DNA of 64,000 nucleotides, taken from positions 6,078,001 through 6,142,000 of the forward strand of contig NC_086101.1 of assembly GCF_963921235.1 (NCBI RefSeq), written 5' to 3'. Of this stretch, positions 11,886 to 24,104 are shown one piece after another. The notes beneath the pieces are model-generated. The model did not search any database and was not told the DNA's origin. It worked only from the letters and a program-made list of their open reading frames with translations. Every line of letters starts with the position of its first letter. The stretch's first letter is position 1. Both the position numbers and the translations under genes were made by a program. The DNA is from Mobula hypostoma (taxonomy: Eukaryota).

Positions 11886-12214
11886 GTGTCAGATTGGGGT
11901 GTAAAACGGTAGTTAAGAATACATTTAAACCAAGTATTAAATTAGTTCATGTCATTAAATTGGGGATGCAGAGAGAATATTGTGTTGTCAGGAGCTGGAT
12001 GACTGAGATGTGGCTGCAGGAAAAACACAAGGCTGGATATTACACACCCGTGATACAGGGTGGAAAACATTCAGTTTTTTTTTGGGTGAATTCCTGACTC
12101 CATTGTGCTTCTTGGGATATATCTTCCCGACTTCACCCATGTCCGTCTCAGCTCCAATGGAAGGTCCAGTCTCCCTCATTCTGGCACCAAGGACGAGTTC
12201 CATTATTTTCCCCA

Positions 12215-14760
12215 TCAAAATAAACTTTATTCATCATAACAATATTCACAAGAATGAACCATGTAATGCCTTTACCCAGTGAATTTACATTCATACAGTG
12301 ACATGCAAAAGTTTGGGCACCCCTGGTCAGAATTTCTGTTACTGTAGATAGCTAAGCGAGTAAAAGATGACCTGATTTCCAAAAGGCATAAAGTTAAAGA
12401 TGACACATTTTTTAATATTTTAAGCAATATAACTTTTTTATTTCTATCTTTTACAGTTTCAAAATAACAAAAAAGGAAAAGGGCCCAAAGCAAAAGTTTG
12501 GACACCCTGCATGGTCAGTACCTAGTAACACCCCCTTCAGCAAGTATCACAGTTTGAAAACGCTTTCTGCAGCCAGCTATGAGTCTTTCAATTCTTGTTT
12601 GGGGAATGTTCGCCCATTTTTCCTTGCAAAAGGCTTCTAGTTCTGTGAGATTCTTGGGCCATCTTGCAGCCACTGCTCTTTTGAGGTTTATCCACAGATT
12701 TTCAATGATGTTTAGTTCAGGGGACTGTGAGGGCCATGGCAAAACCTTCAGCTTGCGTCTCTTGAGGTATCCATTGTGGATTTTGAAGTGTGTTTAGGAT
12801 CATTATCCTGTTGTAGAAGCAATCCTGTTTCATCTTCAGCTTTTTTTTTACAGACGGTGTGATGTTTGCTTCTTGAATTTGCTGTTAATTAATTGAATTC
12901 GTTGTTCTCTCTACCAGTGAAATGTTCCCCGTGCCACTGGCTGCAACACAAGCCCAAAGTATGATCGATCCAGCCCTGTGCATAACAGTTGGAGAGGTGT
13001 TCTTTTCATGAAATTCTGCACCCTTTTTTCTCCAAACATACCTTTGCTCATTGCTGCCAAAATGTTCTATTTTAACTTCATCAGTCCACAGGACTTGTTT
13101 CCAAAATGCATCAGGCTTGTTTAGAAGTTCCTTTGCAAACTTCTGACGCTGAATTTTGTGGTGAGGATGCAGGAAAGGTTTTCTTCTGATGACTCTTCCA
13201 TGAAGGTCATATTTGTGCAGGTGTTGCTGCACAGTAGAACAGTGCACCCCCACTCCAGAGTCTGCTAAATCTTCCTGAAGGTCTTTTGCAGTCAAACGGG
13301 GGTTTTGATTTGCCTCTCTAGCAATCCTATAAGCAGTTCTTTTGGAAAGTTTTCTTGGTCTTCCAGACCTCAACCATTCCTGTCAACTGCCATTTCTTAA
13401 TTACATTACAAACTGAGGAAACGGCTACCAGAAAACACTTTGCTATCTTCTTATAGCCTTCTGCTTTGTGGACATCATTTATTTTATTTTTCAGAATGGT
13501 AGGCAGCTGCATAGAGGAGCCCATGGCTGCTGTTTGTTGGGACACTGTTTGAGGAGTCAGGGTATTTATAATGCTTTGAAATTTGCATCACCTGGCCTTT
13601 CCTAATGATTACTGTGAACAAGCCATAGCCCTAACAAAAAGTTATCTGGGAGCTTAAATCTCTGGGATGCCCAAACTTTTGCATGGTGCTCCTTTCCTTT
13701 TTTTTCCGCTCTAAAATTGTACAAAACAAAAATAATACACTAATGTTGTTTAAAATGTTGAAAAGAATATTTCGTCTTTAATTTTATGACTTTTGGAGAT
13801 CAGTTCATCTTCTACCCTGTTAACTATTCACAGTAACAGAAATTTTGACGAGGGGTGTCCAGACCTTTGCATGCCACTGTAGACAATGCAGTACTTAGCA
13901 TTCTTTTATATTCATTAAAACCAATGGGACTGTTGCCGCCCAACTCACCTCCCAGTCTAGAGGCAGAGGGACCCTACAGTTTCAATGCTGTCCCCCAGCA
14001 CCTAATCCTGCAGCCTGGAAAGTGCCAGTCAGCAGCATTCCTCTCCGGCACGGACCAATGCAGTTAAACAAGGGGTCTGTGGACCTCAGGTTGGGAACCC
14101 CTGCTCTACGGACATCTCGGCATACCTGCAAGCTTTGGGCATCTTTAAGTGAGTTGTTGTTCGTTTTCCTGTGTGTCCTGGAAACAACCTGAAGATCAGT
14201 GAGCCCTCTGTCACGCACTGATGTGAATGAACCGTGACACAGGCCCTTGAATCTTCCTCCACACCTTCCTCACGAGCCCACGGTTTGCAAAGAAGACACC
14301 GACCGTCTCGTTTCCACCTCCGTAACCTCGGGATAGCATGCTGTGCGAGTGATGCTCCGGGTGTGCGGTAAACATCAGACTGACAGGGCCGCCTCAGCGC
14401 CAGCCAGGCAAGGCAAGGTGGCTGCTGGTGAGATATAGTAATGAGGCATTCCTCCAGATGGTGAAACTGTCTGCTCAGGGAACCGCCCCACGGTGTCCAT
14501 CTAGTCCTTCTGCAGTAACTGCAGGCCACTCTGTGCTGACCATGCCTGATGTTCTAGTAGTCAACAGTGTTGGTCTGAAAGAACTGGGACCAAGTTCACT
14601 ATTGCAAATTCACATCGATAGGGCAGAGAACGAAGCAGCCTCGAGGAGCTTCCTTTGATTCTGAGAACAAGCTCACACTGCCATCTCCAGCTCCCCGCAG
14701 CAGCCCGTCCTCAGACACACTCACAGCCAAATAGCGACCGCCGCTGGAACAACCTGGCTC
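12215..14760 (-). mobile_element. Tx1/L1-like LINE 3' fragment, interrupted by Tc1 and a small hAT-MITE end (about 14060-14103)
   Basis: Minus strand IWRNAS..., LAWLAL..., ECC*LALSRLQD*VL resembles Tx1 ORF2 C-terminus; AATAAA near 12230. Confidence 0.55.
12296..13879 (-). mobile_element. Tc1 DNA transposon (IR/DR type), full length, inactive transposase
   Basis: TA-CAGTG...CACTG-TA ends; about 210-bp TIRs with internal direct repeats; GRPRK, WTDE, QQDNDPKH, SPELNIIENLW in shifted frames 12515-13545. Confidence 0.93.
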
Positions 14761-14789
14761 TCATGGGCAAAACCTCAGCCATTATCTCC

Positions 14790-17700
14790 TTGCTTTTATA
14801 TTCTATTCCCTTTGAAATAAATGCCAAATTGCATTTGCCTTCTTTACCACAGACTCAACCTGTAAATTAACTTTCTGGGACTCCTAAGTCCCTCTGCTCC
14901 TCTGATATTTCAAACCCACTCCCCATTTAGGTACGTAAACAGCAGGAATTCTGCAGATGCTGGAAATTCAAGCAACACACATCAACGTTGCTGGTGAACG
15001 CAGCAGGCCAGGCAGCATCTCTAGGAAGAAGTACAGTCAACGTTTCAGGCCAAGAACCTTCGTCCTGACGAAGGGTCTCGGCCTGAAACACTGACTGTAC
15101 CTCTTCCTAGAGATGCTGCCTGGCCTGCTGCGTTCACCAGCAACTTTTATGTGTGTTGCCCCATTTAGATAATAACTTTTGTTCCTTTTGCCAAAATCAC
15201 TATCATACATTTCCCAACACTGTACTCCATCTGCCACTTTTTACCTATCTTCCAATTTATCTAAGTCCTGTTGATCATGTTGCTTCCTCAGCACTAGCTA
15301 CCACTCTACCTATCTTTGTATCATCCGCAAACTTTGCCACAAAGCCATCAATTCCATTATCGAAATCATTGACAAACAATGTGAAAAGTAGCGTTCCCAA
15401 TACTGACCCCTGAGGAACATTGCTAATCAGCGGCAGGTCCCATTTATTCCCACTCACTACCTCCGCCTTTCAGCCATTCCGCTATTCATGCCAGTATCTT
15501 TAATATAACGCCAAAGGATTTTATCTTTTTAAGCAGCCTCATGTGTGGCACCTTATCGAAAGCCTTCAGAAAATCCAAGGAAAGGACACCCACTGTCTCT
15601 CCTTTGCCTACCCTGGTTGTTGCATCCTTGAAGAGCTCCAACAGACTTGTCAGGTAAGATTTCCCTTCACAGAAACCATGCTAACTTCGACTTATTTTAT
15701 CAAATAAAATAAGGTCTCCAAGTACCTCGAAACCTCATCCTTAATAATAGACTCCAATACTTTCCCAACCACTGAGGTTAGGCCAACTAGCCTACAACTT
15801 CCTTCCTCTGGTCTTAAAGACATTTGCAATCTTCCAGTCCTCCGGGACCATGCCAGAATCAAGTGATTCTTGAAAGATGATGACCAATGCATCCGTTATC
15901 TCTTCAGCAACCTCTCTCGGGACTCTAGGATGTACTCCATCTGGTCCACGTGACTTATTCACCTTAAGACCTTTGAGTTTGCCTCGCACTGTTTCCTTTG
16001 TAATAGCAATGGCAATCACTGCTGCTGCCTGACACTCACAGACTTCTGGCACACTGCTAGTGTCTTCCACAGAGAAGACAGGTGCAAAGTACCCATTAAG
16101 TTCATCTGCCATTTCTTTGTCCCCCATTACTACCTCACCAGCATCATTTTCCAGTGGTCCAATATCAACTCTCACCTCCGTTTTATTCCTTACATAACTG
16201 GGGGGGAAAAAAAAACTTTTAGTATCCTGCTTTATATTATTGGCTAGTCTGCATTCATATTTATTCTTTTCCTTTCTTGGAGTTTTTTAGTTGCCTTTTG
16301 TTGGATTTTAAAAGCTTCCCAATCATCCAACTTCCCACTCACTTTTCCTACCTTTTTGCCCTTTCCTGGACTTTTATGCAGTCCTTAACTTCCCTCATCA
16401 GCCACAGTTGCCTACCCCTGCCATTTGAGAACTTCTTCCTTTTTGAGACATATCTACCCGTGCCTTGTGAACTATTTCCAGAAACTTCAGCTATCTTTTT
16501 TTTCTCTGTCATGATCACTGCCAGTCTCCTCTTCCAATCCACCTGACAAGCTCCTCTCTCATGTCCCTGTAATTCCCTTTGTTCCATTGCAATACTGATA
16601 CGTCTGACTTGGGCTTCTCCCTCTCAAACTGCAGTATGAATTCAATTATGTTATGATCACTGCCTCCGAAGGGTTCCTTTACATTAAGCTCCCTAATAAG
16701 ATCCGGGTTATTGCACAACACCCAATCTAAGATAGCCTTTCCTCGAGTAGGCTCAAGCACAGGCTGCTCTAAAAAGTCATCTCGTAAGCATTCAATAGAT
16801 TCCCTTTCCTGCAATCCAACACCAACGTGATTTTCCCAGTCCCCTTGCATATTGAAATCCCCATTACAATTGTGTCATTGGTTTTTCTTAAGTGCCTTTT
16901 CCAGCTCTCTTTGTAATCTTAACCCCACATTTTGGCTACTATTTGGAGGCCTATATATGATACCCATAATGTTTTTTTTTTTCACTCTTGCAATTTCTTA
17001 ACTCCACCCACAAAGATTCAACATTCTCTGACCCTATGTTACCTCTTTCTAAAGATGTAATTCCATCTCTTACCAACATCCACACCACCACCTATGCCTT
17101 CCTGTCTGTCCTTTCGATACAAAGTATGTCCTTTGATGTTAAGCTCCCAACTATGACCTTCTTTCAGTTACGACTCATGCTGACCAGTCTCAGATTGCGC
17201 CACGAGTTTGTCCACCTTATTCCGAATGCTACACACATTTAAATACAGTACCACCAGTCCTCCATTCTTTGCCCTTTTGAACTTTGTCTCTGTGGTACAA
17301 TTTAACTCTTTGCTCTGTCTGCATTTGTACCCAATCATTGGCTTGTCCTTCCCTACGTTCATGTTACATCCATCATCTACTTGTAAATCTGCTGGTTCAT
17401 CCTCAGCTCTATCATACTGGTTCCCATCTCCCTGCCATGTTAGTTTAAACCACTTCCAACAGCTCTAGTAAATCTGCCCGCAAGAATATTGTTTCCCTCC
17501 CTTTTGTATATGTCCCACCTGCCCCAGAACAGGTTCCGAATATTCAGAAATCTGAATTGCTGCTCCCCTGCTCCAATTATTCAGCCATGGATGTATCTGC
17601 TACCTCATTCTATTCCTATCCTCACTGTCGCATGGCACAGGGAGCAATCCCGAGATTACTACACTTGAGGTCCCGCTTCTCAGCTTCCTTCCTAACTCCC

Positions 17701-17810
17701 TGTGTACTTTTTTCAGGACCTCCTTCCTTTTTCTTCCAATGTCGTTGGTACCAATAGGTACCTCAGCATCTGGCTGTTCACCCTCCCTTTTCAGCACATT
17801 GTGGACCATT
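14790..17810 (-). mobile_element. CR1 LINE (part of ORF1 esterase, APE, RT), degenerate
   Basis: ORFs 15275-17878: FADD, PQGSVLG, SDHNIIEF, YLNVCSIRNK, IGTNDIG. Confidence 0.85.
14972..15159. repeat. Palindromic (hairpin) Penelope-derived insertion
   Basis: 93-bp inverted arms 14972-15064 / 15067-15159; flanking direct repeat ccccatttag at 14921-14930 and 15159-15168. Confidence 0.85.
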
Positions 17811-17814
17811 GAGC

Positions 17815-18130
17815 ACATCCACTTGAAACGCTGTCGTAGGAAAGCAGGTCCATCAGAGATACTCACCACCCAGGCCATGCTCTTTTCTCACTGCTGCCAT
17901 CGGGTAGAAGGTACAGAACCCTCAAGACTCGCACCTCCAGGTTCAAGAACAGTTATTACCCCTCAACCATCAGAATCTTGAAAAGATCACAACCAATGAT
18001 TCATATTAAAGGCTCTTCAACTTGTTATGACATTCTCATTGTTTATTGCACTGTATTGATATGAGCATTTACATAGTTTGTCGCCTTCTGCACTGGTTGA
18101 TTTTTCATTGATCCTGTTAGAGTTACTATG
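17815..18130 (+). mobile_element. Rex1/Babar LINE 3' fragment
   Basis: HPGHALFSLLPSGRRYR..L...TSRFKNSYYP C-terminal motif. Confidence 0.65.
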
Positions 18131-18132
18131 CT

Positions 18133-18745
18133 TCAAAGTTGCTGGTGAATGCAGCAGGGCCAGGCAGCATCTCCAGGAAGAGGTACAGTCGACGTTTCAG
18201 GCTGAGACCCTTTGTCAGGACTAACTGAAGGAAGAGCTAGTAAGAGATTTGAAACGGGGAGGGGGATATCCAAAATGATAGGAGAAGACAGGAGGGGGAG
18301 GGATGAAGCCAAGAGCTGGACAGTTGATTGGCAGAAGGGATATGAGAGGATCATGGGGCAGGAGGCCCAGGGAGAAGGAAAAGGGGGAGGGGCAAAAAAC
18401 CCAGAGGATGGGCAAGGGGTATAGTAAGAGGGACAGAGGGAGAAATTCCCATCCCATTCTGATATGTCTATCCATGGCCTCCTCTACTGTCAAGATGAAG
18501 CCACACTCAGGTTGCAGGAACAACACCTTGTATTCCGCCTGGGTAGCCTCCAACCTGATGGCATGAACATCGACTTCTCAAATTTCCGCTAATGCCCCAG
18601 CTCCCCCTCGTACCCCATCCGTTATTTATTTATATACACACATTCTTTCTTTCTCTCTCCTTTTTCTCCCTCTGTCCCTCTCACTATACCCCTTGCCCAT
18701 CCTCTGGGTTTCTTCTCCCCCCCCCCCCCTTTTCTTGTGGCATCA
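18133..18745. mobile_element. Penelope-like element, inverted (minus 3' end joined to plus-strand fragment)
   Basis: 18133-18443 minus (hammerhead-like 18186-18222, core CTGACAA); 18446-18740 plus with the same ORF end as 5410-5561. Confidence 0.8.
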
Positions 18746-19590
18746 TCTTTGTGTAAGTGTGCTGGGTGCTGGATGTTAATGCCCATGATGGAGGTGGCTG
18801 AGTTTACAACTTTCTTCACTTTTCTTCTGATCCTGTGCAGTTGCCCCTCCATACCGGACAGCCATGCAACCAGTTAGAATGCTCTCCATGGTGCATCTGT
18901 AGAAAGTTGCAACTGTCTTTAGTGACATACCAATTCTCCTCAAACTCCTAATGGAAAATCGCATGTGTTGTTCCTTCATTGTAACTTCATCAATATGTTG
19001 GGCCCAGGAAAGTTCCTCAGAGATGTTGACAGCTGGAAACTGGAAACTGCTCACCCTTTCCACTTCTGATCTCACAATGAGGACTGGTGTGTGTTCCCTC
19101 GACTTCCCCTTCCTGAGGGCCACAATCAGTTCCTTTGCCTTAATAATGTTGAGTGCAAGGTTATTATTGTAACACCACTCAACTTGGTGATCTATCTCAT
19201 TCCTCCTCGTCACCAGCGGAAATTCCACCAACAATAGGTGTGTCATCAGCAAATTTATGGATGAGCTTTGCAACACAGATCTGGGTGTAGAGATAGTAGA
19301 GCAGTGGGCTGAGCATGCATCATTGAGGTGTGCCAGTGTTGATTGTCAGTAAGGAGGAGATGCAATGTCTGAACTGCACAGGGTATAGTCTCCTGGTGAG
19401 CAAGTCAAGGATCCAGTTGCAGAAAGAGTTTCAGGGGCCCAGGTTTTGGAGCTTGCTGATTAGAATTGAGGGTATGATTGTGTTGAACTCTGAGCTGTAA
19501 TCAATAAACAGCAGCCTGGTGTGTGTATTGCTACTGTCCAGGTGATCTAAGGCCAAGTGTAGAGCCAGTGAAATTGAATCCGCTGCAAAC
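18745..19590 (-). mobile_element. Rex1/Babar LINE RT fragment
   Basis: [41 protein letters not shown]. Confidence 0.8.
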
Positions 19591-20245
19591 ATACCTAAGT
19601 ATTTGGATAAATGGGACCTGATTAGAAACAGACAACATGGTTTTCTGCATGGTGGGTCATGTCCAACCAACTTTTTTAGCATTTTATAAGAGGATACAAA
19701 GATGATTGATGGAACAAAGGTGTTGTGTATTGTTCATATAGACTTTATCAAGCCCTTTAACAAAGTGCTGTATGGGAGGTTGATCCAGAAAGATGATTCA
19801 TTTGGCATTCAGGATGAAGTAGTCAATTAGATTCAATATTAGCTTAGCTGATGAAGGCAGAGAGTTGTGGTCGATGGTCACCTGTCTGATTGGAGTCCTG
19901 TGGGTAGTGTGTACTGCTAGGGCAGATGTTTGTTGTTTGCCATTTATATTAATGATTTTGATGTTAACCTGGTATCCTGCATCAAGGCACACAGCAGGAA
20001 CTGGACCAGTTGGGAAATTGGGCTGAATTGGCAAATAGAATTGAATGTAGACAAGTGTCAGGTGTTGCATGTTGACAGAACAAACTGGGATAAGGTAGGT
20101 TTAGTGAATGGTAGGGCACTGACGTGTGCAAGAGAACAAAAAGATTTGGAAATGCAGATCTTTAACTCCATGAATGCAGCATCAAAAGTTGCTTTTGAAA
20201 CTTTGGCCTTCATACATCAGGGCACTGAATACAGGAGAAAGGATC
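19590..20245 (+). mobile_element. Old CR1 RT fragment
   Basis: [29 protein letters not shown]. Confidence 0.7.
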
Positions 20246-20249
20246 GCAA

Positions 20250-20935
20250 ATGTGAGAAAAGATGCAGATGCTGGAAATTCAAGCAACACACACACAAAAT
20301 GCTGGTGGAACGCAACAGGCCAGGTAGCATCAATAGGAAGAAGTAAAGTCGACGTTTCGGGCTGAGACCCTTCGTCAGGACTAACTGAAAGAAGAGATAG
20401 TAAGAGATTTGAAAGTGGGAGGGGGAGGGGGTGATCTGAAATGATAGGAGAAGACAGGACGGGGAGGGATAAAGCTAAGAGCTAAAAAGTTGATTGGCAA
20501 AAGGGATACAGAGCTGGAGAAGGGGGAGGATCATGGGACAGAAGGCCTAGGGAGAAAGAAAAGGGGAGGGGAGCCCAGAGGAAGATGAAGAGAAGGCAAG
20601 GAGTGAGAGAGATAGAGAGGGGAAAAAAGAGAGAAGGGGGGGAGGAGAGATAAATAAATAAGTAAACAGACAAACAAATAAATAAAGGATGGGGTAAGAA
20701 GGGGAGAGGGGCATTTTATGGAAGTTACAGAAGTCAATGTTCATGCCATCAGGTTAGAGGCTACCCAGACAGAATATAAGGTGTTGTTCCTCCAACCTGA
20801 GTGTGGCTTCATCTTGACAGTAGAGGAGACTATGGATTGACATATCAGAATGGGAATGGGACGTGGAATTAAAATGTGTGGCCACTGGGAGATCCTGCTT
20901 TCTCTGGTGGACAGAGCGCAGGTGTTCAGCGAAAC
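20250..20935 (-). mobile_element. Penelope-like element 3' fragment
   Basis: Reverse complement of the 5400-5995 family, extends further into the GIY-YIG region (FAEHL..., PVATHFNS). Confidence 0.85.
20347..20382 (-). ncRNA. Minimal type I hammerhead ribozyme motif (Penelope-associated), intact core
   Basis: Minus strand AGUC-CUGACGA-A-GGG-UCUCAG-CCC-GAAAC-GUC-GACU: stem I AGUC/GACU, stem II GGG/CCC, palindromic ACGU stem III, GUC cleavage site. Confidence 0.75.
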
Positions 20936-22560
20936 TGTCTGGGAGACTGTTACTGTCATGCCACCATCGTGCTTTCTGGGTAGCTGCATCGATATGTTAG
21001 GAGCAGGACAGATCCTCAGAGATATTGACACCCAGAAACTTGAAATCACTTGCTCTGTCCACTTCTGATCCCTCAATGATGACTGCGTGTCCCCTTGTCC
21101 TACCCTTTCAGAAGTTCACAATCGGTTGTTTGGTCTTGGTGATGTTGAGTGCAAGGTTGTTACTGTGACAGCACACATCTAACTGGTATATTCCGGGAAT
21201 GAGAGGGTTAACATATGAGGAACGTTTGTCCGCTCTTGGACTGTATTCCTTGGAGTTTGGAAGAATGAGGGGAGACCTCATAGAAACATTTCGAATGTTG
21301 AAAGGCATGGACAGAGTGGATGTGGCAAAGTTGTTTCCCATGATGGGGGAGTCTAGTACGAGAGCGCATGACTTAAGGATTGAAGGGCGCCCTTTCAGAA
21401 CAGAAATGCAAAGAAATATTTTTGGTCAGAAGGTGGTGAATCTATGGAATTTGTTGCCACGGGCAGCGGTGGAGGACGAGTCATTGGGTGTATTTAGGGC
21501 GGAGATTGATAGGTATCTGAGTGGCCAGGGCATCAAAGGTTATGGTGAGAAGGCAGGGGAGTGGGACTAAATAGGAGAAAATGGATCAGTTCATGATAAA
21601 ATGGTGGGGCAGACTCGATGGGCCGAATGGCCTACTTCTCCTTTGTCTTATGGTCTTGTGGATCTTGCTCCTGTACCCCCTCTCATCTCCATCTGAGTTT
21701 CTACCAACGATGGTTGAATCATCAGCAAATTTATAGACAGAATTTGAGCTATATCTAGCCACACAGTCATAGGTGAAAGGGAGAGCAGAGCAGTGGACAA
21801 AGCACACATCCACATGGAGCACTAGTGTTAATTGTCAATCTTTCAGTTAGCAAGTAGAGGTTGCAATTGCAGAGGGAGGTACAGAGTCCCAGGTTCTGCA
21901 GCTTTTCAATCAGAATTGTAGGAATAACGGTGTTAAATGCTGAGCTATAGTCAATAAACGGCATCCTGATAAACATTTTTGCATTGACCAGGTGATCCAA
22001 TGCTGCATGGAGAGTCATTGACATCGCATCCGCTGTAGATCTATTATGGAGATGGGCAAATTGCAGTGGGTCCAGGTCCTCAATGAGGAAGGCTTTTAGT
22101 TTGGGAGTGTGCAGTAAGTTTTCATAGGCACACACTCATTCGCACAGGTATAATGAAGTCAGTGACAACTGTGGTGTGCTCATCCAGACTCGAAGATGAC
22201 TCCCTGAATACCGTTCAGTCCACTGATTCAAAGCAGTCCTGTAAGCGCCTTCATGCCTCCCTGGTCCATACCTACTTGATCCTCACTACTGGTGCTACTT
22301 GATCTTCAGTCTCTGCCTATACTCAGCGAGTAGAAGTACAGACAGGTGATCAGACTTACCACAGTGTGGGCGTAAGATAGCACGGTAGGCACAGTGGTCC
22401 AGTGTTATTTCCTCTGGTGCTACAGGTGATTTGCTGATAATTATTTCATGACTTTACCCGGCTGGCCTGGTTAAAATCCCCCAAAACATCAGAGTGTGCT
22501 GTTTCATGTCTGTTGTTGACATTGCTCAGTTCCTCTAGAGCAGGGTTTCCTGAGGGTCCC
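20936..22560 (-). mobile_element. Rex1/Babar LINE fragments, interrupted by a CR1 3' end
   Basis: DPLQFA..NRSTADA, FIDYSSAFNT, KFADDSTIVG, NNLALNITKTK. Confidence 0.75.
21190..21660 (+). mobile_element. CR1 3' end insertion
   Basis: ORF 21199-21570 GLTYEERLSALGLYSLE...RGDLIETF; tail cttatggtcttgtgg. Confidence 0.85.
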
Positions 22561-23255
22561 GCTCGGGGCACCACGATCTCTCTTGCCCTGAGAGAGTTCT
22601 CCGTAGAGTGCTGCTTTCGGTAACCTGGAGTTGTCCATTCAAGGCCTGAACAGCAGAACTCCTTGAGCGGCAAGGTGGCTTCAGTGCTTGGAAGTTGAGC
22701 CTTCCCCAGGACCACATTGTTGGAAACACCTTCCCGCCAGCTGATACCCATGATGGAGCAGAAGAGCTTGAGAAACCAGATTTGCTTGTGGTGCAAGACC
22801 CAGGTTTTGGAGCCGTACAGCTGTGTTGTGATGATGACAACTCGTACACCTGGATTTTTGTGGACTGGCACTGCTGGTGGTTCTTCCACACATGTTCTGG
22901 AGGCATCTGAAAGCACTGCTGTCTCTGGCGAGTCCGTGGTCAACATCCCTTTCTACCATAGCATTGTTGAAGATGACGCTGCCCAGGCAGGTGAACTGCT
23001 CAGCCATGGTGAGGGGGTGGTCTTCAATGGTGATCTGAGAAGGGTTGTAAATGTCATGAGGGACTTCTGATGGAGGATCATTGTTTCCTTCAGACTGACC
23101 ATTAATACGAAAGCCCTTTCAGCATTGGCGAACTGTGACTGCCGCCTGTAGCATGTCGTGTGTGTGTGTGTGTGAGAGAGAGAAAGAAGAGCACAGTCGT
23201 CCGCATATGGTAGCTCGAGAATGGGCTTCTGCATGGTCTTTGTTCAGGCGAGACA
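22560..23255 (-). mobile_element. RTE-clade LINE fragment
   Basis: ELPYADDCAL, QFTCLGS..., LYGSKTWV motifs. Confidence 0.65.
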
Positions 23256-24104
23256 TGCCACATGATGCTGAAGAGGTTTTGTGTGATAATCTGAAAAACA
23301 ACAGCTTCTCTATCCACGTTGATAAGTCAACAGGTTTCAACAATAAATGTCATGTTGTAGCATTTGTAAGATTTGTAAATGATGGTGAAATTCAAAAATG
23401 ATTTTTCTGTTGCAACAAGCTGCATGAAACAGGGAAAGGCCAAGGTATATTTAATGTTTTGTTTCATATCTGGAAACAAAAGGTCTGTCTTGGAGGAACT
23501 GTGTTGGCATCTGTACTGATGGTGCCCCATCAATGGTCGGCTCCATGAGAGGTTTTGACACTCTTGTCAAAAGAGGAAATCCTGACAGTGCTCAATACAC
23601 TGCTTTCTTCACAGAAAGGGGCTGATATCAAAAAACTCGATGTGAAATGAAAGAAGTTCTGGATGATGCGACAAAACTGGTTGACTTTATTAAGCAAAGA
23701 CCAGTTTACTCAAGAATGTATAAAGTACTGTGTGAAAGCCTGAACAAAGAGCACACCAATCTCCTGCTATATACAGAAACCCAGTGGCTTAGAGTTCTCA
23801 ACAGGGTATTTGATCTGAAAGGCGAATTGCAGGAGTACTTTCAAGAAAATAGTAAATTTTGCTGAGTACTTTGAAGATGAAGAATAGCTGCAGAAACTAA
23901 TCTAAGTAGCAGACATTTTTCGTCATATGAACCAGTTGAAAAAGTCTCTGCAGGAAGACCCTGGAGAAAACGTTTTGGCTTCATGTGACTAAATTCATGG
24001 ACGTAAGAGGAAACTGAATCTTTGGAAAAATCATGATGTAAAAGGAAATCTTGAAGTGTTTCCACTGCTGCTTGGGCTTGAGAGTGAGGAAGGAGCAGAA
24101 AGTC

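Noticed and set aside
23255..24104. Domesticated ZBED5/FAM200-like gene
   Set aside because: Multiple stops and frameshifts and a CR1 insertion
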